Virus record (IMG/VR): IMGVR_UViG_3300030106_001081
Coordinates: 1 to 62,280 of that record
Source of the DNA: a virus
Lineage: Duplodnaviria; Caudoviricetes
Reading direction: 5' to 3' (one strand)
DNA length: 62,280 nucleotides
Positions 1-7,867 of this stretch are shown one piece after another. Both the position numbers and the translations under genes were made by a program. Every line of letters begins with the position of its first letter. Within the stretch, counting starts at the first letter, position 1. The notes beneath the pieces are model-generated. The model was not told the origin of the DNA and searched no databases. It was given only the letters and a program-made list of their open reading frames with translations.

Positions 1-2
1 AT

Positions 3-188
3 AGAAAAGAGGTTCACCTAATCCAAGCCGTAGATGACGCATACGAAAATCCTTTTACTTTATTTTCAGAAGACGACAGTTGGGGTGGACAATCAGTGGA
101 CATGCCCATGAGTATCGAAGACATCAAGAGTTTACATAAGGTTCTTGGTGACACGTTAACACAAATCAAGAAGGGAGAAACCAAATGA
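3..188 (+). CDS. 3' part of a hypothetical early protein that probably begins at 62243 (wraps the window ends)
   Basis: Open frame 3..188 (RKEVHLIQAVDD...KKGETK*) whose TGA overlaps the ATG at 185 (ATGA coupling). Confidence 0.6.
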   Translation, partial: RKEVHLIQAVDDAYENPFTLFSEDDSWGGQSVDMPMSIEDIKSLHKVLGDTLTQIKKGETK

Positions 189-1066
189 ACGAACAACTAC
201 TAACCACAACATCAATAACTGCACCAAGCCTTGCATCAAGCTCCATGCTTGTAGTCTTCTCAGTAAAGTTTTGGACAGGACGCAGTATGGACAGGCAAGC
301 AGGTGCAGAGATAGCAGCCATAAACAAAGCCCACCCCGACATGGCGAATGTTCACAAGAACTTATTACCAACATGCAAGGAACTTGTAGAACTTCAACAT
401 TTTGCAAGGAACGCTCGCAACAGAATACACTACCACCTGACCCTACCTTGGACGGACGCAGGGTTACGTGTTATCCCAACAACCTTATATTTTGAATACC
501 ATAAACAGATGACCGAGGCGAGCATGATCTATGACAAACTCGTTGAGAAGTTTTTCGATGTGTACGAGTGGTCTGTCATACAAGCAGAGACAGAGTATGA
601 GGCACTCGGTAAGTTATTCAAGAAAGAAGAGTATCCTTCTGTTGACACGTTACGAGGTAAGTTTAGTTGGACGCATACATACTTGCCTATGCCTGACGCA
701 GGAGATTTTCGTGTCGATATTGGTAACGAGCAAGCAGACGCAATAAGGGAACAATGCGCAGAATACTATAGCACCATGTTCCATCAAGCAATCCAAGAGA
801 TAGCCGAACCGCTAAAGAATATGTCGGAACGGTTAGACTACAGTAATGGCGAAGATAAGAAAGTGTTTCGTGACACGTTAGTATCCAATGTCGTTACTGC
901 CATCGATCTTCTCGGTGTAACAACTGACCCTAAGTTTGTTAAGATCAAGCAAGAGTTAGACCATGCGTTTGTGGGTGTTACCCCTGACGCATTACGAGAA
1001 GACCCAATTCTACGGAAGACCACAAAGCAAGCCGTAGACAATGCAATCGCATCACTAGACTTCTAA
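185..1066 (+). CDS. hypothetical protein, DUF3150-like, first gene of the AAA/vWA trio
   Basis: 293-aa ORF with AAGGGAG RBS; WTGR..D and TLPW.D.G.R motifs recall proteins that precede MoxR/vWA pairs in mobile elements (from memory). Confidence 0.6.
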   Translation: MNEQLLTTTSITAPSLASSSMLVVFSVKFWTGRSMDRQAGAEIAAINKAHPDMANVHKNLLPTCKELVELQHFARNARNRIHYHLTLPWTDAGLRVIPTTLYFEYHKQMTEASMIYDKLVEKFFDVYEWSVIQAETEYEALGKLFKKEEYPSVDTLRGKFSWTHTYLPMPDAGDFRVDIGNEQADAIREQCAEYYSTMFHQAIQEIAEPLKNMSERLDYSNGEDKKVFRDTLVSNVVTAIDLLGVTTDPKFVKIKQELDHAFVGVTPDALREDPILRKTTKQAVDNAIASLDF

Positions 1067-1073
1067 TGAAACC

Positions 1074-1091
1074 GATAAGTAAATACTTATC
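1074..1091. repeat. early-region palindrome copy (GATAAGT-AAAT-ACTTATC)
   Basis: Seen between the stop at 1066 and the AAA ATPase RBS; variant centre. Confidence 0.95.
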
Positions 1092-1112
1092 AAAACCGAA
1101 AGGAAAATTAAA

Positions 1113-2207
1113 ATGAGTAATTCAGCAATACAAATGTACGCACTATCACTTGACCAAGTGACCAACGCAATCAAGCAAGGTGGTAACAAGAGAACCATAC
1201 TTGTGCAAGGTGACATGGGTACAGGTAAATCCTCAATCCTTAAGAGGTTAGCAGAAGAACTACCAACACACACCCCCTGTTACTTTGATTGTACTACAAA
1301 AGACCTCGGTGATATTATGATCCCAAAGATGGCAGACGAAGATGGTAAGAACTATGTGACCTACGCAACCAACGAAGAACTTGGTGTTCATCTCAACAAG
1401 CCGATTATACTAATGTTTGATGAATGGTTGAAGAGTAATCGTTCTGTTATGAACGCAACCTTGTGTCCTATACTAGAGCGTAAGATTGCTAGTTATACGT
1501 TGCACCCTGACAGTATTGTGTTCTGTACGTCAAACAAAGGTAGCGAAGGTGTCGGTGATGTACTGCCACCCCACGCACGTAATCGTGTTACTGTGATAGA
1601 GACACGCAAGCCAAGTCAAGAAGAGTGGATAGATTGGGGTGTCAACAACAAGGTCGATGCTACAATACTTGGTTGGGCAAAAGACAACCCACAGTTATTT
1701 CATTCCTTTGAAGATGTGAAGAACCCCGAAGACAACCCATACATCTATCACCCGAACCAACAGCGTAATGCGTTTGTGACCCCACGATCCTTGGAAGGTG
1801 CAAGCGACTGGGTGAAACTGCGGGGTACTATGGATGATACTACCTTAACAGGTTTACTCATGGGTACTATAGGTGAACGCGGAGCTATGGACTTGATGGC
1901 ATTTGTAAAACTTGCAGACCAGATGCCCAAGCGTGATGATATTATCAATGACCCGAAGAACGCCAAGATACCGACAAGTGCAAGTGCAGTTGTCATGGTT
2001 GTGTTCCGATCACTCGCATCCATGAGCAAAGACTACATCAATCCGTTCATGGAATATTTGGTGCGACTAGACCAAGAGGCACAGGGTATGTTCGCCAACG
2101 GGGTGCGCAACCCGAAGTATCATGCACAGCAACTTGTTATGACAAACAAGAAGTTTACCGACTGGGCCATGAACAACAACTACATGTTCTCAGCAGATAA
2201 GAAGTGA
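1113..2207 (+). CDS. MoxR/CobS-like AAA+ ATPase
   Basis: Walker A GDMGTGKS, Walker B ILMFDE, sensor TSN, Arg finger RNR, TPRS motif. Confidence 0.9.
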   Translation: MSNSAIQMYALSLDQVTNAIKQGGNKRTILVQGDMGTGKSSILKRLAEELPTHTPCYFDCTTKDLGDIMIPKMADEDGKNYVTYATNEELGVHLNKPIILMFDEWLKSNRSVMNATLCPILERKIASYTLHPDSIVFCTSNKGSEGVGDVLPPHARNRVTVIETRKPSQEEWIDWGVNNKVDATILGWAKDNPQLFHSFEDVKNPEDNPYIYHPNQQRNAFVTPRSLEGASDWVKLRGTMDDTTLTGLLMGTIGERGAMDLMAFVKLADQMPKRDDIINDPKNAKIPTSASAVVMVVFRSLASMSKDYINPFMEYLVRLDQEAQGMFANGVRNPKYHAQQLVMTNKKFTDWAMNNNYMFSADKK

Positions 2208-2215
2208 GGTGAGTG

Positions 2216-2329
2216 ATGATAAGTAGTGATAAACATGAAAAGATCATGGAGTGGATCAAGAACATATTGGCAGGGTTAATCACCCTTGCCATTGTGGTGT
2301 TAATAATAATTTTCTTTTGTGCGATGTAA
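2216..2329 (+). CDS. small single-TM membrane peptide (37 aa)
   Basis: MISSDKHEKIMEWIKNILAGLITLAIVVLIIIFFCAM*, GAGGTG RBS, fills the gap after the AAA gene; below the ORF-track cutoff. Confidence 0.6.
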   Translation: MISSDKHEKIMEWIKNILAGLITLAIVVLIIIFFCAM

Positions 2330-2339
2330 GGAGGATAAC

Positions 2340-2597
2340 ATGCGAGGACTAGCATACAGAAGAGCTATGGCACATAGAGCCAGAGTGAAAGCGAGAAAGT
2401 CAAAGATGGTAAATTCGATAAGTAATTACTTATCAAAGTCAGACAGGGAAAGGATGGTTAATAAACTAGCCGATAACTTAGCTCAATGTTCTTGCTTTCT
2501 ATGTAAGGGTGAGAAAAAGTTAAACATCCCAACCAAGCAAGAACTTATCGCAATAGACGTAACCAAACTTAATAGAGGAGAACTACATAATGCTTAG
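2340..2597 (+). CDS. small basic protein with CxCxxC motif
   Basis: AAGGAGG RBS before ATG 2340; CSCFLC; contains a palindrome copy read as ISNYLSK. Confidence 0.7.
   Translation: MRGLAYRRAMAHRARVKARKSKMVNSISNYLSKSDRERMVNKLADNLAQCSCFLCKGEKKLNIPTKQELIAIDVTKLNRGELHNA
2417..2434. repeat. early-region palindrome copy (GATAAGTAATTACTTATC), intragenic
   Basis: Perfect 18-bp palindrome inside ORF 2340..2597. Confidence 0.95.
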
Positions 2598-3825
2598 CAT
2601 AGGTAAACAACTTACGGCAGAACAACGGTTGAACAAAGCAACCGTAGATATTATGGCGAACCCAAAGTATGTGGCGTTGGCAGGTATCTTGATGATTGGT
2701 GATAGGGGTGTCAAAGATGACATCCCGACTGCTTGCACGAATGGTCGAGACGAGTGGTATGGTCGAGCGTTTGTCGATAAGCTCAACGATGCAGAACTAC
2801 GGTTTCTTGTATTGCATGAGAGCTACCACAAGTTATACCGACATCTTATCACATGGAAACATTTACACGATGACGATGCGGAACTCGCAAACATATCGTG
2901 TGACTATGTTATCAATGTCAAACTTGTGGATGACAACAAGGATGGTTTTGCTACCATGACAGGAGAACTATCTAAGGGTTGCTTTGACGAGAAGTACCGT
3001 AATTGGGATAGTGCGCAAGTGTTCCATGACCTCAAGAAGAAAGGTCGAAGTGGTGGACAAGGCAACCCCAACGGTCCTGGTAATGGTAATGGTACAGGTG
3101 GTAACACGTCAGGTGGTGTTCCCTTTGACGAGCATGATTGGGAGGGGGCAAAGGAAATGACCCCCGAAGAGAAACGTGAACTTGCCAAAGATATTGACGA
3201 GAACATACGTCAAGGTGCAACTATGGCAGGGAAGATAGGTAGTGGTGGAGATCGTGACCTTGACGAACTGCTTGAACCTCAAGTGAATTGGCGAGAGAAA
3301 TTGCGTGACTTCATTACCGAAACATGTGCAGGGAAAGACTACTCTACATGGAACAGACCTAACCGAAGATATATTGGTATGGACATCTACATGCCGAGCG
3401 GTGTGTCAGAGAAGGTCGAAGAACTAGTATTAGCTATCGACACATCTGGTTCTATTGGACAGCAAGAACTCTCAGTGTTCCTCAGTGAAGTCGGTTCGAT
3501 ATGTGACACAGTAACACCTTCATGTGTGAGGATACTCTACTGGGACACCAAGGTGTGTCGTGAGGAAAAGTACGAGATGCACGAACTTGATAATATTACC
3601 AAGTCAACAAAACCAAGTGGAGGTGGTGGTACTATGATCGAGTGTGTTCCAGAGTACATGGCGATATATGGTATCAAGCCACAGGCTACTATCATATTGA
3701 CCGATGGTTACTTGGGTGGCTCATGGGGTTCTTGGGTATGCCCTACACTATGGTGCATCTTGGACAACAAGAGTGCCAAACCAAATGTCGGCAAGACGGT
3801 ACACGTCAAGTCGAGAGATATGTAA
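2590..3825 (+). CDS. DUF2201-type metallopeptidase-like + vWA domain protein (MoxR partner)
   Basis: TACTNG, HESYH (HExxH), Gly/Asn linker, vWA MIDAS DTSGS, GGGGT, LTDG. Confidence 0.9.
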   Translation: MLSIGKQLTAEQRLNKATVDIMANPKYVALAGILMIGDRGVKDDIPTACTNGRDEWYGRAFVDKLNDAELRFLVLHESYHKLYRHLITWKHLHDDDAELANISCDYVINVKLVDDNKDGFATMTGELSKGCFDEKYRNWDSAQVFHDLKKKGRSGGQGNPNGPGNGNGTGGNTSGGVPFDEHDWEGAKEMTPEEKRELAKDIDENIRQGATMAGKIGSGGDRDLDELLEPQVNWREKLRDFITETCAGKDYSTWNRPNRRYIGMDIYMPSGVSEKVEELVLAIDTSGSIGQQELSVFLSEVGSICDTVTPSCVRILYWDTKVCREEKYEMHELDNITKSTKPSGGGGTMIECVPEYMAIYGIKPQATIILTDGYLGGSWGSWVCPTLWCILDNKSAKPNVGKTVHVKSRDM

Positions 3826-3828
3826 ACC

Positions 3829-3846
3829 GATAAGTAATTACTTATC
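3829..3846. repeat. early-region palindrome copy
   Basis: GATAAGTAATTACTTATC 3 nt after the vWA stop, before the next RBS. Confidence 0.95.
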
Positions 3847-3865
3847 AAAATTAAGGAGAGAGAGT

Positions 3866-4954
3866 ATGAACTATAGATATAAAAATTATGTAATCGAAGA
3901 CTTTGCAGAGATGACAGAGAGGTACAACACAACCAAACCTGTTATCAGCAAGAACCACACAAGGGAAGATAACATCAAACCTGTGGGTAGACGGTCACGC
4001 AAGTGGGAACATATGATAAAAGTGTCGGCACGTAAGTACATGATCTATGATGGCTATTGTGAGGGCGACCCGAAATTCAGAGCTTGGTGGAACAGACAGG
4101 GCGAAAATCAGATAACAGAGAAAGAAACTCTAGCCCTTGCACCGATCATGTGGACGCTATCACCGCAGGGTGACATTGAGACTATACGAATACGCAATGG
4201 GTCAGGTGACTACGCACACTGCGCTCGGTATACTTTTCTTGAGAACACGTTACCACTTGGGCTACGGTTTATTGTTCACAATGGTAAGCAGTATATCGAA
4301 ATGGGTAGAGACAAACAAATGTACCTCTTACCCAAGAGCCGATACGCTCCAGTGCGATACGTAAACATGCGAGCATACAAACGGAAAAGTGAGTCTTATT
4401 CTGACAAAGACGACAAGAAGTATCTAACCTTTGCTCGCAAAGTTGGTGGTGACAGATACAGTTGGGAAGTCATTGGTGATACGTGGGATGTACGTGGCGC
4501 ACGTAAACAGGTTAACAAGAAAGCCAAAGCAGAGATCAAACCCTATGCAGATGCGTTCTATGAGTGGGTCACTACAATGTATAGGCTCATACCGTTCACA
4601 GATCACGAATATGCTAGTAAGCAACATCGAGAGTTAAGTGAGTGGGCATTCGAGCAAGGTTTGATAAAAAACACATGGGAACTTAACTCGTATGGGGATA
4701 GTGAGAAATGGCGACATATTGCCGATGAAGTATTCCGTGACGATCAACACCCTATGAGATTGCACCTTGCCGTTAACTTCTTATCACAAAGCAATCTTAA
4801 CGCTTATCGTTATGACCGTGACAATGTAATCAACGAGCCAACGACTAAGGAAGATGTAAGCAGACTACGTTCACAGTGGAACAGATACGTCAACAACAAA
4901 CTTGGGCTTGTTAAAAAGATTGCGCCAGAAAAAATTGTGAAAGGAGAAAAGTAA
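3866..4954 (+). CDS. hypothetical early protein (362 aa)
   Basis: AAGGAGAG RBS then ATG 3866 (preferred to the track start 3704); TAATG coupling to the next gene. Confidence 0.8.
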   Translation: MNYRYKNYVIEDFAEMTERYNTTKPVISKNHTREDNIKPVGRRSRKWEHMIKVSARKYMIYDGYCEGDPKFRAWWNRQGENQITEKETLALAPIMWTLSPQGDIETIRIRNGSGDYAHCARYTFLENTLPLGLRFIVHNGKQYIEMGRDKQMYLLPKSRYAPVRYVNMRAYKRKSESYSDKDDKKYLTFARKVGGDRYSWEVIGDTWDVRGARKQVNKKAKAEIKPYADAFYEWVTTMYRLIPFTDHEYASKQHRELSEWAFEQGLIKNTWELNSYGDSEKWRHIADEVFRDDQHPMRLHLAVNFLSQSNLNAYRYDRDNVINEPTTKEDVSRLRSQWNRYVNNKLGLVKKIAPEKIVKGEK

Positions 4955-5802
4955 TGAGTATATTTAGAAGAGTCAGCCAGTTAACACCTTACGAAGATTG
5001 TAATTCTGGGGGAACTTACGAGTTTGCCTGTGCGATACAAAAGGCCATACGTGGCGTTAAGTTTGGTAAGATTGGTAATGATAGTAACAGGGTACATGTC
5101 TACACCGAAGGGCAACCGTTCACTATGGGTTATATTGGTTACGGCGATTGGCGAGAGAGTGGGTATGAGAATATAGATTATTACAATGTTGTCAGTCCGA
5201 ATATAACCAACGAGAAGTATTCTTATGGTGATGCGAGGTTTAGGAAGATGTCCACCAAACTTAACGTTGCCCTCAAGACTGCCAAGCGTTACTTCCGTAA
5301 TCTCACGCCCGAACAGATGGCACAGAATGAGGCCGAGGGTATACGAGATAGTTACAATAGTATTAGGTATAAACTTAGAGAGGATAAAGAAAAAAAGCAC
5401 AGTAACATATTAGGAGGCGATGCAGTGATCTCGGAGTTTCGTCACATGTTACAACAGGGCTACGAGTTTGTTGACAAGAACTTTGGTGCGGAGGTTCAGG
5501 CATACATAACGTCAATAGATGAACATGCCGAGGCCAAAGCGAAAGGATTGAATGTTGCCTTTGTGCGTGTGTTTGAGAAGTTGGGTGAACAGACATTTCA
5601 AGTTGTTAAGATGCACGGACTTCACAATATGAGTAGACCTTCAAGTGCGTATGTAGATGATGATGCCGTTGAGTATACAGACAAGACGCTACCTGAAGAG
5701 TTAAGGGGTAAGTTATCAATCCTTAACATGTTAGAGAAAGATGGGTATGTCGAAGATGTGGGTTTCAATTCGGGAGACGGACTATTTTATGTCACTCTCT
5801 GA
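4954..5802 (+). CDS. hypothetical early protein (282 aa)
   Basis: AAGGAG RBS, coupled to the previous stop. Confidence 0.8.
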   Translation: MSIFRRVSQLTPYEDCNSGGTYEFACAIQKAIRGVKFGKIGNDSNRVHVYTEGQPFTMGYIGYGDWRESGYENIDYYNVVSPNITNEKYSYGDARFRKMSTKLNVALKTAKRYFRNLTPEQMAQNEAEGIRDSYNSIRYKLREDKEKKHSNILGGDAVISEFRHMLQQGYEFVDKNFGAEVQAYITSIDEHAEAKAKGLNVAFVRVFEKLGEQTFQVVKMHGLHNMSRPSSAYVDDDAVEYTDKTLPEELRGKLSILNMLEKDGYVEDVGFNSGDGLFYVTL

Positions 5803-6028
5803 CACGTTATACAGCGTTACTGTATCAAAACACACAAAAAAGGTTCATGTGACATGTATTGGTATGGAATGTGTTGACAACGAATTAAAAGACGTGTATA
5901 ACTCTGTAGATGATTTGCCGACATGGGTAAAAGATAAGATAGCATTACTCATGTTGGTGGACAAAGGACAAGGTATTGGCTACAGAGTTGGAGATGAAAA
6001 ATTTTACATCTATAAAACCGATAAGTAA
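5789..6028 (+). CDS. hypothetical protein (79 aa)
   Basis: GGGAG upstream of ATG 5789; stop TAA lies inside the palindrome (...KTDK*). Confidence 0.65.
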   Translation: MSLSDTLYSVTVSKHTKKVHVTCIGMECVDNELKDVYNSVDDLPTWVKDKIALLMLVDKGQGIGYRVGDEKFYIYKTDK

Positions 6029-6037
6029 TTACTTATC
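6020..6037. repeat. early-region palindrome copy (last of the series)
   Basis: GATAAGTAATTACTTATC; the 30-bp context 6016..6045 is identical to 60407..60436. Confidence 0.95.
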
Positions 6038-6045
6038 AAAAATGG

Positions 6046-6067
6046 TGAGGGGTCTTCGGACTCCTCA
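6046..6067 (+). terminator. stable cUUCGg hairpin without U-tract (pause/processing/terminator-like)
   Basis: TGAGGGGTC-TTCG-GACTCCTCA. Confidence 0.5.
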
Positions 6068-6092
6068 TAAACGTCGCCAGTTTTTGAAGCCA

Positions 6093-6287
6093 GTGCCTGA
6101 CGTAGTAGATTTAGAGATAAAGATAACAATTAGAGATCAACTAACGCATAGAACAAAAGAGGTAATGTTTGACGGTGCATTGTCCGATGAAACAATACTT
6201 ATGATATACAAGGACGTGGAGAGGGAATTAAAAAATGGTAATGAAACCAGAAGCAAAAGTAAAAAAGGTAGTGGTAAGACAGCTTAA
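6093..6287 (+). CDS. hypothetical protein (start uncertain)
   Basis: Open frame overlapping the VRR-NUC start; GTG 6093 chosen because the upstream part overlaps the hairpin and palindrome. Confidence 0.45.
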   Translation: MPDVVDLEIKITIRDQLTHRTKEVMFDGALSDETILMIYKDVERELKNGNETRSKSKKGSGKTA

Positions 6288-6555
6288 GCTGTTAGGAGCA
6301 TACTACTTCTATCCTGTAACAGGTGGCTACGGTATGTCAGGTGTTCCCGATATTGTCGGGTGCTACAAAGGTACTTTTTTTGGCATTGAATGTAAAGCAG
6401 GTAGCAATAAGCCTACAGCACTACAGCTTAAAAACCTAAAAGATATTGAATTAGCAGGGGGCATAGCCGTTGTTTGTAATGAGAAGAATATGAATATCGT
6501 TGAAGATTTATTGAATTGGTCGGGGGATAGACAGTTGGAGTTTGAGTTTAACTAG
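6235..6555 (+). CDS. VRR-NUC / PD-(D/E)XK nuclease (resolvase-like)
   Basis: E..V, GVPDI, FGIECK, PTALQ motifs. Confidence 0.85.
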   Translation: MVMKPEAKVKKVVVRQLKLLGAYYFYPVTGGYGMSGVPDIVGCYKGTFFGIECKAGSNKPTALQLKNLKDIELAGGIAVVCNEKNMNIVEDLLNWSGDRQLEFEFN

Positions 6556-6761
6556 TGGGGGTTTTTTGTTTTATTTGTTTGACCCACTAGGGCGTAAGCA
6601 GTGAGAGCGTCGGTTTTTAACATGTGACCATTATCCGCTGCAACAAGGGCAGACCAATCCTTTCTGTTTTTCTCGGTTCTGTGACTTTGTGATGGTAAGA
6701 CATCTAAAAATCTAGCCCCTGCAAACGTGTGTAGAAGCCACGTTGATTTCAGTGCAGGGGC
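6552..6761 (+). ncRNA. putative structured intergenic RNA / leader
   Basis: Stems CTAGTGGG/CCCACTAG, GCAGTG/CGCTGC, and GCCCCTGCA-AACGTG/CACGTT-TGCAGGGGC in a 230-bp gap; strand assumed from context. Confidence 0.4.
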
Positions 6762-6787
6762 GACCATAAAAATAAAAGGAGAGGGAT

Positions 6788-7240
6788 ATGATAGTTGAAG
6801 CGTTGCTATGTATGAGTTTGAATATATATTTTGAGGCGAGGTCTGAACCGATACAAGGGCAGATTGCCGTAGCAGAAGTTACGTTAAATAGAGTAAAATC
6901 ACCTGACTATCCTGACACCGTATGTGGTGTCGTGTTACAGGAAAACGAAGAAGGTTGTCAGTTTTCATGGTGGTGTGATGGTTTAAGCGATGAGCCAAAA
7001 GAATACAATTCTTTTCAGACAGCAAAAACACTAGCAAAACTTATGATAGAAGATGGAGATTATATTTCTGTTGTAGGAAAACATGTCACTCATTACCACA
7101 CAAAAGACATAACTCCTTATTGGATAAAAGATTTTGAATATGCAAGCACCGTAGGTAAACATATTTTTTACAGACCACTTGCGAGTAGCATAGAGCCTCT
7201 GCCAAGACCAAAAATAATAAGCGGATTATACAATGAGTAA
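6788..7240 (+). CDS. SleB/CwlJ-like cell wall hydrolase (Hydrolase_2)
   Basis: NIYFEARSE..GQIAVA.V.LNRV....PDTVCGVV, CQFSW, THYH, GKHIFY. Confidence 0.9.
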   Translation: MIVEALLCMSLNIYFEARSEPIQGQIAVAEVTLNRVKSPDYPDTVCGVVLQENEEGCQFSWWCDGLSDEPKEYNSFQTAKTLAKLMIEDGDYISVVGKHVTHYHTKDITPYWIKDFEYASTVGKHIFYRPLASSIEPLPRPKIISGLYNE

Positions 7241-7430
7241 TGGTGATTATGTTTTACACCGTCTCGTAAAAGTCGGTCTCAAAAGAGGTAATGTGTATAA
7301 ACACATTGATATAAAAACTTTTAATTGGCTCATTGATAAAACAATTAAAATTAAAGCCGACAATTTAGGCACAACGATAGCGTCGATGTTAAAAGATGCG
7401 TACCACGAAGAAAAGGGAGAAGAGAGATGA
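7233..7430 (+). CDS. hypothetical protein
   Basis: 65-aa ORF overlapping both neighbours. Confidence 0.6.
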   Translation: MSNGDYVLHRLVKVGLKRGNVYKHIDIKTFNWLIDKTIKIKADNLGTTIASMLKDAYHEEKGEER

Positions 7431-7867
7431 GAAAATCTAAAAAAGCAGATAAGGTATGGAGATATTTATTAAAAAATAAAACCGCTACTGCGTCAGAAGT
7501 AGCAAAGGCGTGTAAGGTATCTTATGGATATGCCCATAAACTAATGGGTAAAATTGCTACACCTAAAGAGGTATTTGAAAAGGAAGCTAACAAGGTAGAC
7601 CGTTGCGACTTATTGCGTGAAGCAGTGAGCCTCACAGGTGGAGATAGATTAAACGACTATGGTAGTCCTGTTGATAACCACCAACACATTGCCCGTATTT
7701 TTACGGCTATCACAGGTAAACACGTTACAGGTAGAGACATAGCTATAATGCACCAAGCAACCAAGTTGGCACGTAGGCAAACAACCCCCTTAGAAAAAGA
7801 TCACTATATAGACAACATGGCGTATGTTGGGATTGAGTACGAGTGTGCCGTAGCGGAGGAAGAGTAA
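7427..7867 (+). CDS. N-terminal HTH + DUF6378-like protein
   Basis: ATASEVAKACKVSYGYA helix-turn-helix; C-terminal GDR..DYG.P..N, KLAR, D.YID.MAY. Confidence 0.7.
   Translation: MRKSKKADKVWRYLLKNKTATASEVAKACKVSYGYAHKLMGKIATPKEVFEKEANKVDRCDLLREAVSLTGGDRLNDYGSPVDNHQHIARIFTAITGKHVTGRDIAIMHQATKLARRQTTPLEKDHYIDNMAYVGIEYECAVAEEE

Noticed and set aside
3704-3865. N-terminal extension of the 416-aa track ORF (likewise 5976..6092 and 61333..61401)
   Set aside because: The extensions overlap upstream genes or regulatory sites; downstream starts fit better (clear RBS at 3866 and 61402)
6552-6761. tRNA or tmRNA in the structured gap
   Set aside because: No cloverleaf, T-loop GTTCRA or CCA end recognisable
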